A stretch of 61,994 nt of DNA, the filler included. It is 4 parts of 4 records of this genome, joined end to end, with 100 filler letters (N's around TTAATTAATTAA, not from the genome) between each part and the next. Parts side by side here need not be neighbours in the genome. Positions count along the whole stretch, not along the records: positions 53,340 to 61,994 come from DRR378314_1728; 3 more parts are not named here. One strand, written 5' to 3'. The notes beneath the pieces are model-generated. The model did not search any database, was not told the origin of the DNA, and worked only from the letters and a program-made list of their open reading frames with translations. Below, piece by piece: positions 53,553 through 61,994 of the stretch (positions are counted from its first letter, which is position 1; every line of letters begins with the position of its first letter). The position numbers were made by a program, and so were the translations under genes.

Positions 53553-54341
53553 ATGATCCGGTTTGAAGGTTTCAAAGACATTCCCGCCACCCCGCAGGCC
53601 TGGGCTGGCTATGCGCTGGGGCGGCAGATGAAAATGTTTCGGTCCGTTGCGGCCCTGACGGCAGAGGCGCCACAGCGGCAATTGCACCTGACACAGGCGT
53701 TGCTGAAAATGCAGCAGGAGTGGATCAGCGGGCTGCCTGGTTCGCTTTCGACGGTCACCAAGGCTGTGTCGGCGCCGGCTGCAACACAGTCCTCCAGACA
53801 GGCTTCAGCGACAGAGGCCGCGCCGTCCCAGACTGCGCCTGCCGATGTCACCGCACCCGCCGCCAGAAAACCGAGGGCGAAAAAAGCCGCTGCGCCGCGC
53901 AAGGCCCCCGCCCGCAAGAGCGTAAGCGCGACGAAATCTGGCGTGCGAAAGGCTGCTCCGGCGGCAAAAACATCCTCCGCCAAAGGCGCTGCATCAGCCA
54001 CCGCCGCTGCCGCAAAGCCCGCGCCTGTCAAATCCGCGCCTGCGCCATCAGCAAAGCCCGCCGCCCGAAAGCCCGTTGCGGCCAAACCTGCGCCAAAGGC
54101 GGAAGCCTCCGTTGCGACGAACACGAAGTCGGTGTCTTCGTCAAAGCCGAAAGCGCCGGAAGGCGCGCTGGCTGAGCCGCCCGCCTCGGGCAATGGTGCT
54201 GCGACCAGTGCTGTGCAACGTGACGCGCGCGCCCCAGAACATGGCGCCAAACCGCCGCGCCGACGTCCGCGCGCGCCCGCCACTCCGCCGGTGATGCCGG
54301 AGGCCAGCGCGGGGAAGGGCGGAACAAACGACGAGTCGTGA
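53553..54341 (+). CDS. Hypothetical protein with Ala/Lys/Pro-rich histone-H1-like tail
   Basis: GAGGAG SD then MIRFEGF; short helical N-terminus followed by AKPAP/RKAAP low-complexity region. Confidence 0.7.
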   Translation: MIRFEGFKDIPATPQAWAGYALGRQMKMFRSVAALTAEAPQRQLHLTQALLKMQQEWISGLPGSLSTVTKAVSAPAATQSSRQASATEAAPSQTAPADVTAPAARKPRAKKAAAPRKAPARKSVSATKSGVRKAAPAAKTSSAKGAASATAAAAKPAPVKSAPAPSAKPAARKPVAAKPAPKAEASVATNTKSVSSSKPKAPEGALAEPPASGNGAATSAVQRDARAPEHGAKPPRRRPRAPATPPVMPEASAGKGGTNDES

Positions 54342-54388
54342 TCGCTTTGGCTTGACAGTCTGACCGGGGCTTGCCAACGCTTCGCGTC

Positions 54389-55837
54389 ATGTTGGATCTG
54401 CGCCCGGTTGGATATGTCATTGGCCTTCTTGTCACCATTCTGGGCGGCATGATGGTCTTTCCGCTTCTCCTTGATGTCTTTGACGGCAAGGGGGAGTGGC
54501 ATGTCTTTCTGGAAAGCGCGATCTTCTGTCTGTTGTGCGGCGGCCTGCTGGCGCTAAGCTGCGCGAATGGGGTAGGGCGCGGGTTGTCGATCCGCCAGAC
54601 CTTTCTGCTGACCACATCGGTGTGGCTGGTGCTGCCACTGTTTGGAGCAATTCCCCTGATACTTGGCGCGTCGGAATTGAGTTTCACGGATGCGTTTTTC
54701 GAGGCGATGTCGGGGCTGACCACCACCGGCTCCACCGTGATTTCCGGCCTGGATGAGCTGCCGCGCGGGCTGTTGCTGTGGCGCGGCATCCTGCAATGGC
54801 TGGGGGGCATCGGTATCATTGTGGTTGCGATGGTGTTCCTGCCCGAGCTGCGGGTTGGTGGTATGCAGATCTTTAAGTCCGAAGCCTTTGATACCATGGG
54901 GAAAATCCTGCCGCGCGCGCAGGAGATCGCCAAGCAGATCTCGGTCATCTATCTGGTGCTGACGATGGTCTGCGCGCTGGTTTACACGGTGTTGGGCATG
55001 GGCCCTTTCGATGCGGTGGTGCATGCGATGACCACCGTGTCCACCGGCGGGTTTTCCAACTATGATGCCTCCTTTGGCACCTTCTCCGGCCCGGCGGAAT
55101 ATGCCGCGGCTTTCTTCATGGTGGCGGCGGCGTTGCCCTTCGTGCGCTATGTGCAGATGGTGAACGGCCACATGGTGCCGCTGTTCAAGGACAGCCAGAT
55201 CCAGACCTTTCTCGCCACGATCACGGTGCTGGTTCTGGTCACCGCCGGGGTGCTGGTCACGATCTTTCCGCATCACCCCGAACAGGCGGTGCGCGAGGCG
55301 CTGTTCAACATCATCTCCATCATGTCAGGGACCGGCTATGCCAGCGTGGACTACATGCAATGGGGGTCTTTCCTGATCATGCTGTTCTTCTTCATCGGGC
55401 TGATCGGGGGCTGTGCGGGGTCGACCGCCTGTTCGGTGAAGATCTTCCGCTATCAGCTGCTGTTCGCCTCGATCCGGGTGCAGGTGCAGCGGATCCGCTC
55501 GCCCAATGGTATCTTCGTGCCGCGTTATCAGGGACGGGCGGTGACGCCGGATGTTCTGAGTTCGGTGATCTCGTTCTTCATGTTCTTTGTCATCACCATG
55601 GGCATCGTGGCCTGGGCGCTGGCGTTGACGGGGCTGGACTTCATCACTGCGATCTCCGGTGCGGCAACGGCGGTGGCCAACATCGGCCCCGGTCTGGGGC
55701 AGACCATCGGCCCGGCTGGCAACTTCGCGCCGCTGAATGACACGGCCAAATGGATCCTCGCCATCGCCATGCTGATCGGACGGCTGGAACTGATGGCGGT
55801 CTACGCCATTCTGACGGTTCGTTTCTGGCGCAGCTGA
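54389..55837 (+). CDS. trkH: Trk potassium uptake permease
   Basis: FEAMSGLTTTG, QWLGGIG, STGGFS, GGCAGST, NIGPG, IGRLE. Confidence 0.95.
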   Translation: MLDLRPVGYVIGLLVTILGGMMVFPLLLDVFDGKGEWHVFLESAIFCLLCGGLLALSCANGVGRGLSIRQTFLLTTSVWLVLPLFGAIPLILGASELSFTDAFFEAMSGLTTTGSTVISGLDELPRGLLLWRGILQWLGGIGIIVVAMVFLPELRVGGMQIFKSEAFDTMGKILPRAQEIAKQISVIYLVLTMVCALVYTVLGMGPFDAVVHAMTTVSTGGFSNYDASFGTFSGPAEYAAAFFMVAAALPFVRYVQMVNGHMVPLFKDSQIQTFLATITVLVLVTAGVLVTIFPHHPEQAVREALFNIISIMSGTGYASVDYMQWGSFLIMLFFFIGLIGGCAGSTACSVKIFRYQLLFASIRVQVQRIRSPNGIFVPRYQGRAVTPDVLSSVISFFMFFVITMGIVAWALALTGLDFITAISGAATAVANIGPGLGQTIGPAGNFAPLNDTAKWILAIAMLIGRLELMAVYAILTVRFWRS

Positions 55838-55973
55838 GGTCGCATGCAGACAATGCTTGCGCAAATCGCCGGGGTGCGGGCAAGAAACGGCGCCGCCCAT
55901 CTTGCCCTTGCTGGGACGCTCGCCTAGAAACGCGCGAACCTTAACCCCGCAAGCGGAGGGAGTCTCAGGCCCC

Positions 55974-57212
55974 ATGCCCCTACTTGTGATGAAATTCGGT
56001 GGCACATCTGTCGCCAATCTCGACCGCATCCGCCGTGCTGCCAAACGTGTCGGCGTTGAAGTGGCAAAGGGCTATGACGTGATCGTCATCGTCTCCGCCA
56101 TGTCCGGAAAAACCAACGAGCTGGTGGGCTGGGTTGGCGAAACCTCTCCGCTCTATGATGCGCGCGAATATGACGCCGTGGTCTCTTCGGGCGAGATCGT
56201 GACCGCTGGTTTGATGGCGCTGACCCTGCAGGAGATGGACGTGCCGGCGCGCAGCTGGCAGGGCTGGCAGGTGCCGCTCAAGACCAACTCCGCCCACAGT
56301 CAGGCCCGGATCGAGGAAATCGGCACCGAGCATATCAACGCGAAGTTTGGCGAGGGCATGAAGGTTGCAGTGGTTGCGGGCTTTCAGGGCATCAGCCCTG
56401 AGGGCCGGATCACCACGCTGGGCCGCGGTGGATCGGACACCACCGCGGTGGCCTTTGCGGCGGCCTTTGGCGCCGAGCGCTGCGACATCTACACCGATGT
56501 GGACGGGGTCTACACCACCGACCCGCGGATCTGCGACAAGGCGCGCAAGCTCGACAAGATCGCGTTTGAGGAAATGCTGGAGCTGGCGTCCTTGGGCGCG
56601 AAGGTGCTGCAGACCCGCTCTGTTGAACTGGCGATGCGCTACAAGGTGAAGCTGCGCGTGCTGTCGAGTTTCGAAGAACAATCCGACGAGGCCGGAACCC
56701 TGGTCTGCGACGAGGAGGAAATCATGGAATCCAATGTTGTCAACGGCGTTGCCTACTCTCGTGATGAGGCCAAGCTGACATGCCTGTCGGTGGCCGACCG
56801 TCCCGGCATCGCGGCGACCATCTTCGGCTGCCTGTCGGATGCGGGGGTCAATGTGGACATGATCGTGCAGAACATCTCGGAAGATGGACGCACCGACATG
56901 ACCTTCTCCTGCCCGACCGATCAGGTGCAGCGCGCCGAACTGGCCCTGAACGCGTTCAAGGACAAGGGTGAGCTGAACTACGCGGAGCTGGTGGCCGACA
57001 CCGGCGTGGCGAAGATCTCCGTGGTCGGGATCGGCATGCGCTCACAATCCGGCGTTGCCGCCAAGATGTTCAAGGTGCTGTCGGATGAGGGCATCAACAT
57101 CAAGGTCATCACCACGTCTGAGATCAAGATTTCGGTGTTGGTCGACCGCAAGTACATGGAGCTGGCCGTGCAGGCGCTGCATGACGCGTTCGAACTGGAC
57201 AAGGCCAGCTGA
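55974..57212 (+). CDS. lysC: Aspartate kinase
   Basis: MPLLVMKFGGTSV, TTLGRGGSDTTA, YTDVDGVYTTDPR, two ACT domains. Confidence 0.96.
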   Translation: MPLLVMKFGGTSVANLDRIRRAAKRVGVEVAKGYDVIVIVSAMSGKTNELVGWVGETSPLYDAREYDAVVSSGEIVTAGLMALTLQEMDVPARSWQGWQVPLKTNSAHSQARIEEIGTEHINAKFGEGMKVAVVAGFQGISPEGRITTLGRGGSDTTAVAFAAAFGAERCDIYTDVDGVYTTDPRICDKARKLDKIAFEEMLELASLGAKVLQTRSVELAMRYKVKLRVLSSFEEQSDEAGTLVCDEEEIMESNVVNGVAYSRDEAKLTCLSVADRPGIAATIFGCLSDAGVNVDMIVQNISEDGRTDMTFSCPTDQVQRAELALNAFKDKGELNYAELVADTGVAKISVVGIGMRSQSGVAAKMFKVLSDEGINIKVITTSEIKISVLVDRKYMELAVQALHDAFELDKAS

Positions 57213-57235
57213 CCCGATCACCAGCACGAGAATTG

Positions 57236-57270
57236 AAACGCGCCGGAGCTGAGCATCCGGCGCGTTTTTC
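57236..57270 (+). terminator. Intrinsic terminator after lysC
   Basis: AAACGCGCCGGA-GCTGAGCA-TCCGGCGCGTTTTT. Confidence 0.8.
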
Positions 57271-57563
57271 GTGAAGGGGGGCAATGGTTGCGTTGGCCCG
57301 CGTGCAATGCTGTGGTGCAGTCCGGTTTTTTCAGCCTTTCATGGGGGCGCCGCTCCGGTGAGCAGGAGGTGTAACCCTGCGTGTCGCAGACGTAAAACCA
57401 CTTGCCAGCGCCCGGAGCAGCCGACACATTGCCAAAGACCACCAATGGTCTGCGTGAAGAGTGTTGATGCGTATGAGCGTCATCTGTTATTCCGAGCGCC
57501 GGGCCCAGCCAAACATCTGTCAGGCACCGCGGTGGTCTAAGGAAAACCCGAGAAAGGGCGAAC

Positions 57564-59801
57564 ATGGTTGAGAACACGGAATCCGAGAGCAGGAAGCTTC
57601 TGGTTCGTCTGCGCGAGGCCATGGCGGGAGATGACGCCGGGCAGGCGCGCCTCGACAAGATCACCCAGCTGATTGCCGACAGCATGGGCACCGAAGTGTG
57701 CTCCATCTATCTGTTTCGCGACGAAGAAACGCTGGAGCTCTGTGCCACCGAAGGTTTGAACCGCGAATCCGTGCACCAGACCCGCATGCGCGTAGGCGAG
57801 GGGCTGGTGGGTCGTGTTGCCCGCACCGGCAAGGTTATCAACACACCCGACGCGCCCAGTGCGCGGGGCTTTCGCTACATGCCGGAGACTGGCGAAGAGC
57901 GGTTCTCCTCCTTCCTTGGCATCCCGATCCAGCGGCTGGGCGAGATGATGGGCGTGCTGGTGGTGCAGTCCAAGGAGACCCGCGACTACTCTGCCGATGC
58001 GGTCTATGCGCTGGAAGTGGTCGCCATGGTGATCGCAGAGATGACCGAGCTGGGCGCCTTTGTGGGCGAGGGCTCCGCCATGTCGCCGCTGCACCAGCAC
58101 TCGGTGCTGCTGAAGGGGATTACCGGCCAGGAGGGCGCGGCGGAGGGCCATATCTGGCTGCATGAGCCGCGCGTGGTGGTGACCAATCCCTTTGCTGATG
58201 ATCCGCACCGCGAGTTTGAGCGCCTGCAAGAGGCGGTGGACGAGCTGCGCGTTGGCGTCGACAAGATGCTGCAGGTCTCGGGGGGGAATAAGGAACAGGC
58301 CCAGGTGCTTGAAACCTATCGCATGTTCGCCAATTCCAAGGGCTGGATGCGGCGCATGGAAGAGGACATCGCGCGCGGTCTGAGTGCCGAAGCGGCGGTT
58401 GAGAAAGAGCAATCGCTGGCGCGCGGTCGCATGGCGCAGGTGCAAGACGCCTATCTGCGCGAACGGCTGAGCGACCTTGATGACCTGTCAAACCGGCTGC
58501 TGCGCATCCTGACCGGGCAGGGCAAGGACACCGGGGCCGAGCTGCCGGAGAACCCCATTCTGGTGGCCCGCAACATCGGCCCGGCGGAACTGCTGGAGTA
58601 TGGCCGCAAGCTGAAGGGGGTCATCCTGGAGGAGGGCTCCGTCGGTTCGCATGCGGCGATCGTGGCGCGGGCGCTGGCGATTCCGCTCGTGGTGCGGGTG
58701 GGCCGGATCACCACCGAAGGGCTGAACGGCGATCATGTTCTGGTCGATGGCGATCACGGCGCGGTGCATTTGCGCCCCGATGATCCGGTGGTCAGCGCAT
58801 TCCGTGACAAGATCGCGATGCAGGCGCAGGCGCAGGAACGCTACACGTCCATACGTGAGAAACCCGCGATAACCCGCGATGAGCAAAGAATTAACCTCTT
58901 GATGAACGCCGGCCTGATGGCGGATCTGCCGTCGCTGGAGAACTCCGGCGCAGAGGGGGTTGGACTGTTTCGCACCGAGTTGCAGTTCCTGGTGCGCAAC
59001 AAGATGCCGCAACGCTCGGAACTGGCTGCTTTGTACCAGCGGGTGCTGGAGGCCGCGCATGGCAAACGAGTGGTGTTCCGCACCCTCGACATCGGCTCCG
59101 ACAAGGTGCTGCCCTACATGAAACCGACGGATGAGCCCAACCCGGCACTGGGCTGGCGGGCGATCCGCGTCGGGCTGGACAAGCCCGGCGTCATGCGCAT
59201 GCAGCTGCAGGCGCTGATCCGGGCGGCCAATGGCGGGCCGCTCACCGTGATGTTCCCGTTTGTGGCGCAGTTCGAAGAATACCGCCAGGCACGTCAGGAA
59301 GTCGACAAGACCATTGAGCGCGAGAAGCGGCTTGGCCATGTGTTACCGTCGAGCTTGGAAATCGGGGCGATGTTGGAAACACCGTCTTTGGGATTCGCAC
59401 CGCTTCGGTTCTTCGAGGAAGTGGATTTTCTGTCGATCGGCGGCAATGATCTGAAGCAGTTCTTCTTTGCCGCCGACCGCGAGAACGAGCGGGTGCGCAA
59501 ACGCTATGACACGCTGAACGTGAGCTTCCTCAGCTTCATCGAACGCATCGTGGAGCGTTGCGATATCTCCGGCACGCCGCTGAGTTTTTGTGGCGAGGAT
59601 GCGGGCCGGCCGATCGAGGCGGTCTGTCTGGCGGCGATGGGCATCCGCACCCTGTCGATGCGCCCGGCTTCGATCGGCCCGGTAAAATCGCTGCTGCTGC
59701 GGGTTGATCTTGGCGAGCTGCGCAAGATCATCTCTGATGCGCGCCATAGGGGTGACCAGACCGTGCGACCGGCGGTCATGCAGTATCTGCGCGAAATCTG
59801 A
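57564..59801 (+). CDS. ptsP: PTS-Ntr enzyme I with GAF domain
   Basis: N-terminal GAF (EVCSIYL, LCATEGL), SHAAIVARA, GLFRTE, NPALGWRAIR; lysC-ptsP synteny. Confidence 0.96.
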   Translation: MVENTESESRKLLVRLREAMAGDDAGQARLDKITQLIADSMGTEVCSIYLFRDEETLELCATEGLNRESVHQTRMRVGEGLVGRVARTGKVINTPDAPSARGFRYMPETGEERFSSFLGIPIQRLGEMMGVLVVQSKETRDYSADAVYALEVVAMVIAEMTELGAFVGEGSAMSPLHQHSVLLKGITGQEGAAEGHIWLHEPRVVVTNPFADDPHREFERLQEAVDELRVGVDKMLQVSGGNKEQAQVLETYRMFANSKGWMRRMEEDIARGLSAEAAVEKEQSLARGRMAQVQDAYLRERLSDLDDLSNRLLRILTGQGKDTGAELPENPILVARNIGPAELLEYGRKLKGVILEEGSVGSHAAIVARALAIPLVVRVGRITTEGLNGDHVLVDGDHGAVHLRPDDPVVSAFRDKIAMQAQAQERYTSIREKPAITRDEQRINLLMNAGLMADLPSLENSGAEGVGLFRTELQFLVRNKMPQRSELAALYQRVLEAAHGKRVVFRTLDIGSDKVLPYMKPTDEPNPALGWRAIRVGLDKPGVMRMQLQALIRAANGGPLTVMFPFVAQFEEYRQARQEVDKTIEREKRLGHVLPSSLEIGAMLETPSLGFAPLRFFEEVDFLSIGGNDLKQFFFAADRENERVRKRYDTLNVSFLSFIERIVERCDISGTPLSFCGEDAGRPIEAVCLAAMGIRTLSMRPASIGPVKSLLLRVDLGELRKIISDARHRGDQTVRPAVMQYLREI

Positions 59802-59822
59802 CACCGCTTCGATTTTGCTCTC

Positions 59823-60002
59823 ATGGAAGCTGACCTGCAAGAGTCACGCGGCAATAAGATTGCCGAAATGATCACCATCCGCGACAAGGCCGCGCAGGAA
59901 AATCGCGACCTGTCGGGCGAGGAGTGCAAGCGCTTCGATGAGTTGGGCGTTGAGATCCGCAGCGTGAAGAGCCGCCTACAAGCCTGCGCTCTCCAGCGAT
60001 GA
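59823..60002 (+). pseudogene. Probable N-terminal (delta-domain) fragment of HK97-type phage major capsid protein
   Basis: Manual translation MEADLQESRGNKIAEMITIRDKAAQENRDLSGEECKRFDELGVEIRSVKSRL..*; resembles capsid leader pattern RDLT.EE..RFD.L..EI; below ORF-track cutoff. Confidence 0.55.
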
Positions 60003-60102
60003 GACAGCGAAGTTCTTCTATGTCGATCGCAATAAATGCGCAAACAGCAGCGGGGCTCCGAAAGAGATTTTCACCGCAGACGATGACACTTTCCGGCTCG
60101 AT

Positions 60103-60191
60103 GATCGGGTGCCGCGCAGGCCACGACCGGCAAGAGAGCGCAGGAATTCGTCCCAGAAGACCTCGGCCTCGCTGGGCTGGACGGCGATATC
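60103..60191 (-). mobile_element. IS256-family transposase fragment
   Basis: DIAVQPSEAEVFWDEFLRSLAGRGLRGT matches the IS256/mutator SEAE.FW..FL.SL..RGLRG motif. Confidence 0.7.
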
Positions 60192-60199
60192 AGCGCACG

Positions 60200-60697
60200 G
60201 CGCTGGAACGCTGGCTGTTCTACATCGACAAGTACAACGCACGGCCCAAGGCCCCGCACCTGCTGTTCCACATGGCCACGGGCAGCGGCAAGACGGTGTT
60301 GATGGCGGCACTCATCCTGGACCTCTACCGGCGCGGCTATCGCAACTTCCTGTTCTTCGTGAACTCCGCCCAGATCATCGAGAAGACCAAGGACAACTTC
60401 CTCAACCCTGCATCGGCCAAGCACCTGTTCACGCCCTCTGTGCGGATCGACGACAAGCTCGTGGATGTCCGCGCGGTGGACACGTTTGACGCGGTGAACA
60501 CGGACGCAATCAACATCCACTTCACCACCATTCAGGGCCTGCACCGGCGGATGACGGAGCCGAAAGAGAACGCCGTCACCATCGAAGATTTCCGCGACTA
60601 CATTGCCAACCGGCAGCGCGATTCTGACCAGATGAACTCCCGGCTCGACAGCATCCAGTCCGATATCAAACTCCTGCTACAGCGCGCAGGTTCCTGA
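60200..60697 (+). pseudogene. Type III restriction (Res) helicase N-terminal fragment joined to an unrelated C-terminal remnant
   Basis: HLLFHMATGSGKT..LILDLYRRGYRNFLFFVNS..IIEKTKDNF..FTTIQGLH; ends before the DEAH box and switches to RLDSIQSDIKLLLQR. Confidence 0.75.
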
Positions 60698-60757
60698 ACC
60701 AACCACAATTGATCGCAACCGGCCCGCCAGCGGGCTCAACAGGCATGGAGGGTAATC

Positions 60758-61276
60758 ATGTCGTACAAGCCCGATGAACAGGTGAAATACATCGTTATTC
60801 ACTATTCCGCCACGGTCATTGAGGACGATGTGAGTGCGGCAGACATCGACAGAATGCACCGGCGCCGCGGATTCAATGAGATCGGATACCACTGGTATAT
60901 TCGCAAGAGCGGGAAGATCGAAATGGGTCGCGATCTTTCTCAGCCTGGGCGCTTTGAGGTTGGCGCGCACAGCAAGGGCGAGAACCGCATCAGCATCGGG
61001 ATATGCTTTGAAGGCGGGGTGCGCAAGGCCGACATGAACACCGGCTTTGACAGTCGCACAACCGCTCAGGTGCGCAGCATGATCGACCTTATCGACAAGA
61101 TGCAGGCCCGGTTCCCCGGCTCGATCGTGCGCGGTCACCGAGATATGCCGGGGGCGGCCACGCAGTGTCCCGGTTTTGACGCGACCGCTTGGTGGGGTGA
61201 GGTGCAGCGAAAGCGCAACGCTCGCCCGTGGTGGGCGTTCATTCTTGATTTCTTCAATGGAAAGGCAGCGACATGA
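60758..61276 (+). CDS. Phage endolysin, N-acetylmuramoyl-L-alanine amidase (Amidase_2, T7 lysozyme-like)
   Basis: IVIHYSAT, IGYHWYI, GAHSKGEN..SIGICFEGG, GHRD..ATQCPGFD; GGAGG SD. Confidence 0.92.
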   Translation: MSYKPDEQVKYIVIHYSATVIEDDVSAADIDRMHRRRGFNEIGYHWYIRKSGKIEMGRDLSQPGRFEVGAHSKGENRISIGICFEGGVRKADMNTGFDSRTTAQVRSMIDLIDKMQARFPGSIVRGHRDMPGAATQCPGFDATAWWGEVQRKRNARPWWAFILDFFNGKAAT

Positions 61277-61485
61277 AAAAGCTGAAGAACCCGAAGGTGC
61301 AAGGCGCACTTCGCCACTTCCTGACCGCGATTGGTCCGGTACTGGCACTCATCATGGCGTCTGACGATCCGATGACCCTGATCCGTTCCCTGATCGGCGG
61401 CGCTGGGTGGCCTGCGCTGGTCGGTGTCCTGATGGCCGGTCTGGGATTCTGGGCCAGCTGGACGGCCAAGGAGAAGGCGCAATGA
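61273..61485 (+). CDS. Putative holin-like small membrane protein
   Basis: 70 aa, basic N-terminus, two hydrophobic segments, ATGA coupling with amidase. Confidence 0.6.
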   Translation: MKKLKNPKVQGALRHFLTAIGPVLALIMASDDPMTLIRSLIGGAGWPALVGVLMAGLGFWASWTAKEKAQ

Positions 61486-61721
61486 TCTCCGCGCTTTTGG
61501 TCGATCTGCTGCCGTGGGCTATCGGAATCGTAGCCGCGGCTGTGGGTCTCTGGGGGTATGGCCGGGGCAAGAAGCAAGAGGGGCGCACGGGCGCTGAGAA
61601 CGACGCATTGCGCGACACACATGAACGAATGGAGAAAGGCCGTGAAGCCGCAAACGATCTGCGCGGTGCTGGCCGCGATGCTCATCTTGAGCAACTGCGC
61701 CGGAACGACGACGAGTGGTGA
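61482..61721 (+). CDS. Putative inner-membrane spanin (Rz-like)
   Basis: MISALLVDLLPWAIGIVAAAVGLW TM followed by charged helical domain; ATGA coupling. Confidence 0.6.
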   Translation: MISALLVDLLPWAIGIVAAAVGLWGYGRGKKQEGRTGAENDALRDTHERMEKGREAANDLRGAGRDAHLEQLRRNDDEW

Positions 61722-61845
61722 TGCTGGATGCCGGTCATATGGTGAGGCCCGCAGCGCTATGCCGGATGACCCCGAGGTGCTGGAGGCGAATTGGCTGGCG
61801 TGGGTTTCGGCCACCGACACAAGGATGACAGCAACCTGTCGATAG
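61642..61845 (+). CDS. Putative outer-membrane spanin lipoprotein (Rz1-like)
   Basis: GTG start after GGAGAAAGG; MKPQTICAVLAAMLILSN-C lipobox; overlaps the i-spanin in +1 frame; extra Cys residues. Confidence 0.6.
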   Translation: MKPQTICAVLAAMLILSNCAGTTTSGDAGCRSYGEARSAMPDDPEVLEANWLAWVSATDTRMTATCR

Positions 61846-61848
61846 AGG

Positions 61849-61875
61849 AGCCCCGCCACTGTGCGGGGCTTTTTC
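61849..61875 (+). terminator. Intrinsic terminator after lysis cassette
   Basis: AGCCCCGC-CACTGT-GCGGGGCT-TTTT. Confidence 0.8.
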
Positions 61876-61964
61876 GTTTGTGGGGGTAAGAAGGAACAGA
61901 ACAAATCCAAAACGTGAATGTTGAGAGACACGTTGAGAGAATAACTGTGAAATCTGCTAAGTGT

Positions 61965-61994
61965 TGGAGGCGAGTACCGGAATCGAACCGGTGT
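61965..61994 (-). tRNA. 3' half of tRNA, most likely tRNA-Cys (gene truncated by window edge, or att duplicate)
   Basis: Reverse complement ACACCGGTTCGATTCCGGTACTCGCCTCCA: T-arm GGTTCGATTCC, U discriminator, CCA; anticodon not in window. Confidence 0.75.

Noticed and set aside
59802-60697. CRISPR-like or integron-like capture array of foreign fragments
   Set aside because: No repeated spacers, attC-like palindromes, cas or integrase genes seen; deletion scars explain it more simply
59999-60697. 232-aa ORF as an intact restriction enzyme
   Set aside because: N-terminus is read-through of antisense IS256 DNA; helicase stops before the DEAH motif and no Mod gene is present

Overview
The window is not one locus. 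It is four contigs joined by artificial N-TTAATTAATTAA-N spacers (30751-30850, 45253-45352, 53240-53339). Contig 1 (1-30750) is alphaproteobacterial. It carries an aromatic-acid CoA catabolic region (anthraniloyl/salicylyl-CoA monooxygenase operon, boxR-boxABC, benzoate-CoA ligase, TRAP transporter) with readable TGCA-N6-TGCA operators, followed by an RND pair, cfa, an HD protein, thiolase, acyl-CoA ligase and an ABC-ATPase/amidase fusion. Contig 2 (30851-45252) is eukaryotic and holds two convergent spliced genes that the ORF track does not show. One has at least 8 exons and encodes VHS-GAT-coiled coil-C-terminal kinesin-14 motor, i.e. a TOM1/GGA-like cargo adaptor joined to a kinesin; this is the best novelty candidate. 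The other has at least 14 exons and encodes a Cys-containing LRR (FBXL-like) protein. Contigs 3 and 4 look Roseobacter-like: polyamine-type ABC transporter, lytic transglycosylase, WYL regulator with divergent GST, then an AKP-rich protein, trkH, lysC and ptsP. Contig 4 ends in a collapsed prophage/island remnant (capsid, IS256 and type III restriction fragments) with an apparently intact endolysin-holin-spanin cassette next to the 3' end of tRNA-Cys. All calls come from motif reading by eye; no database searches were run.
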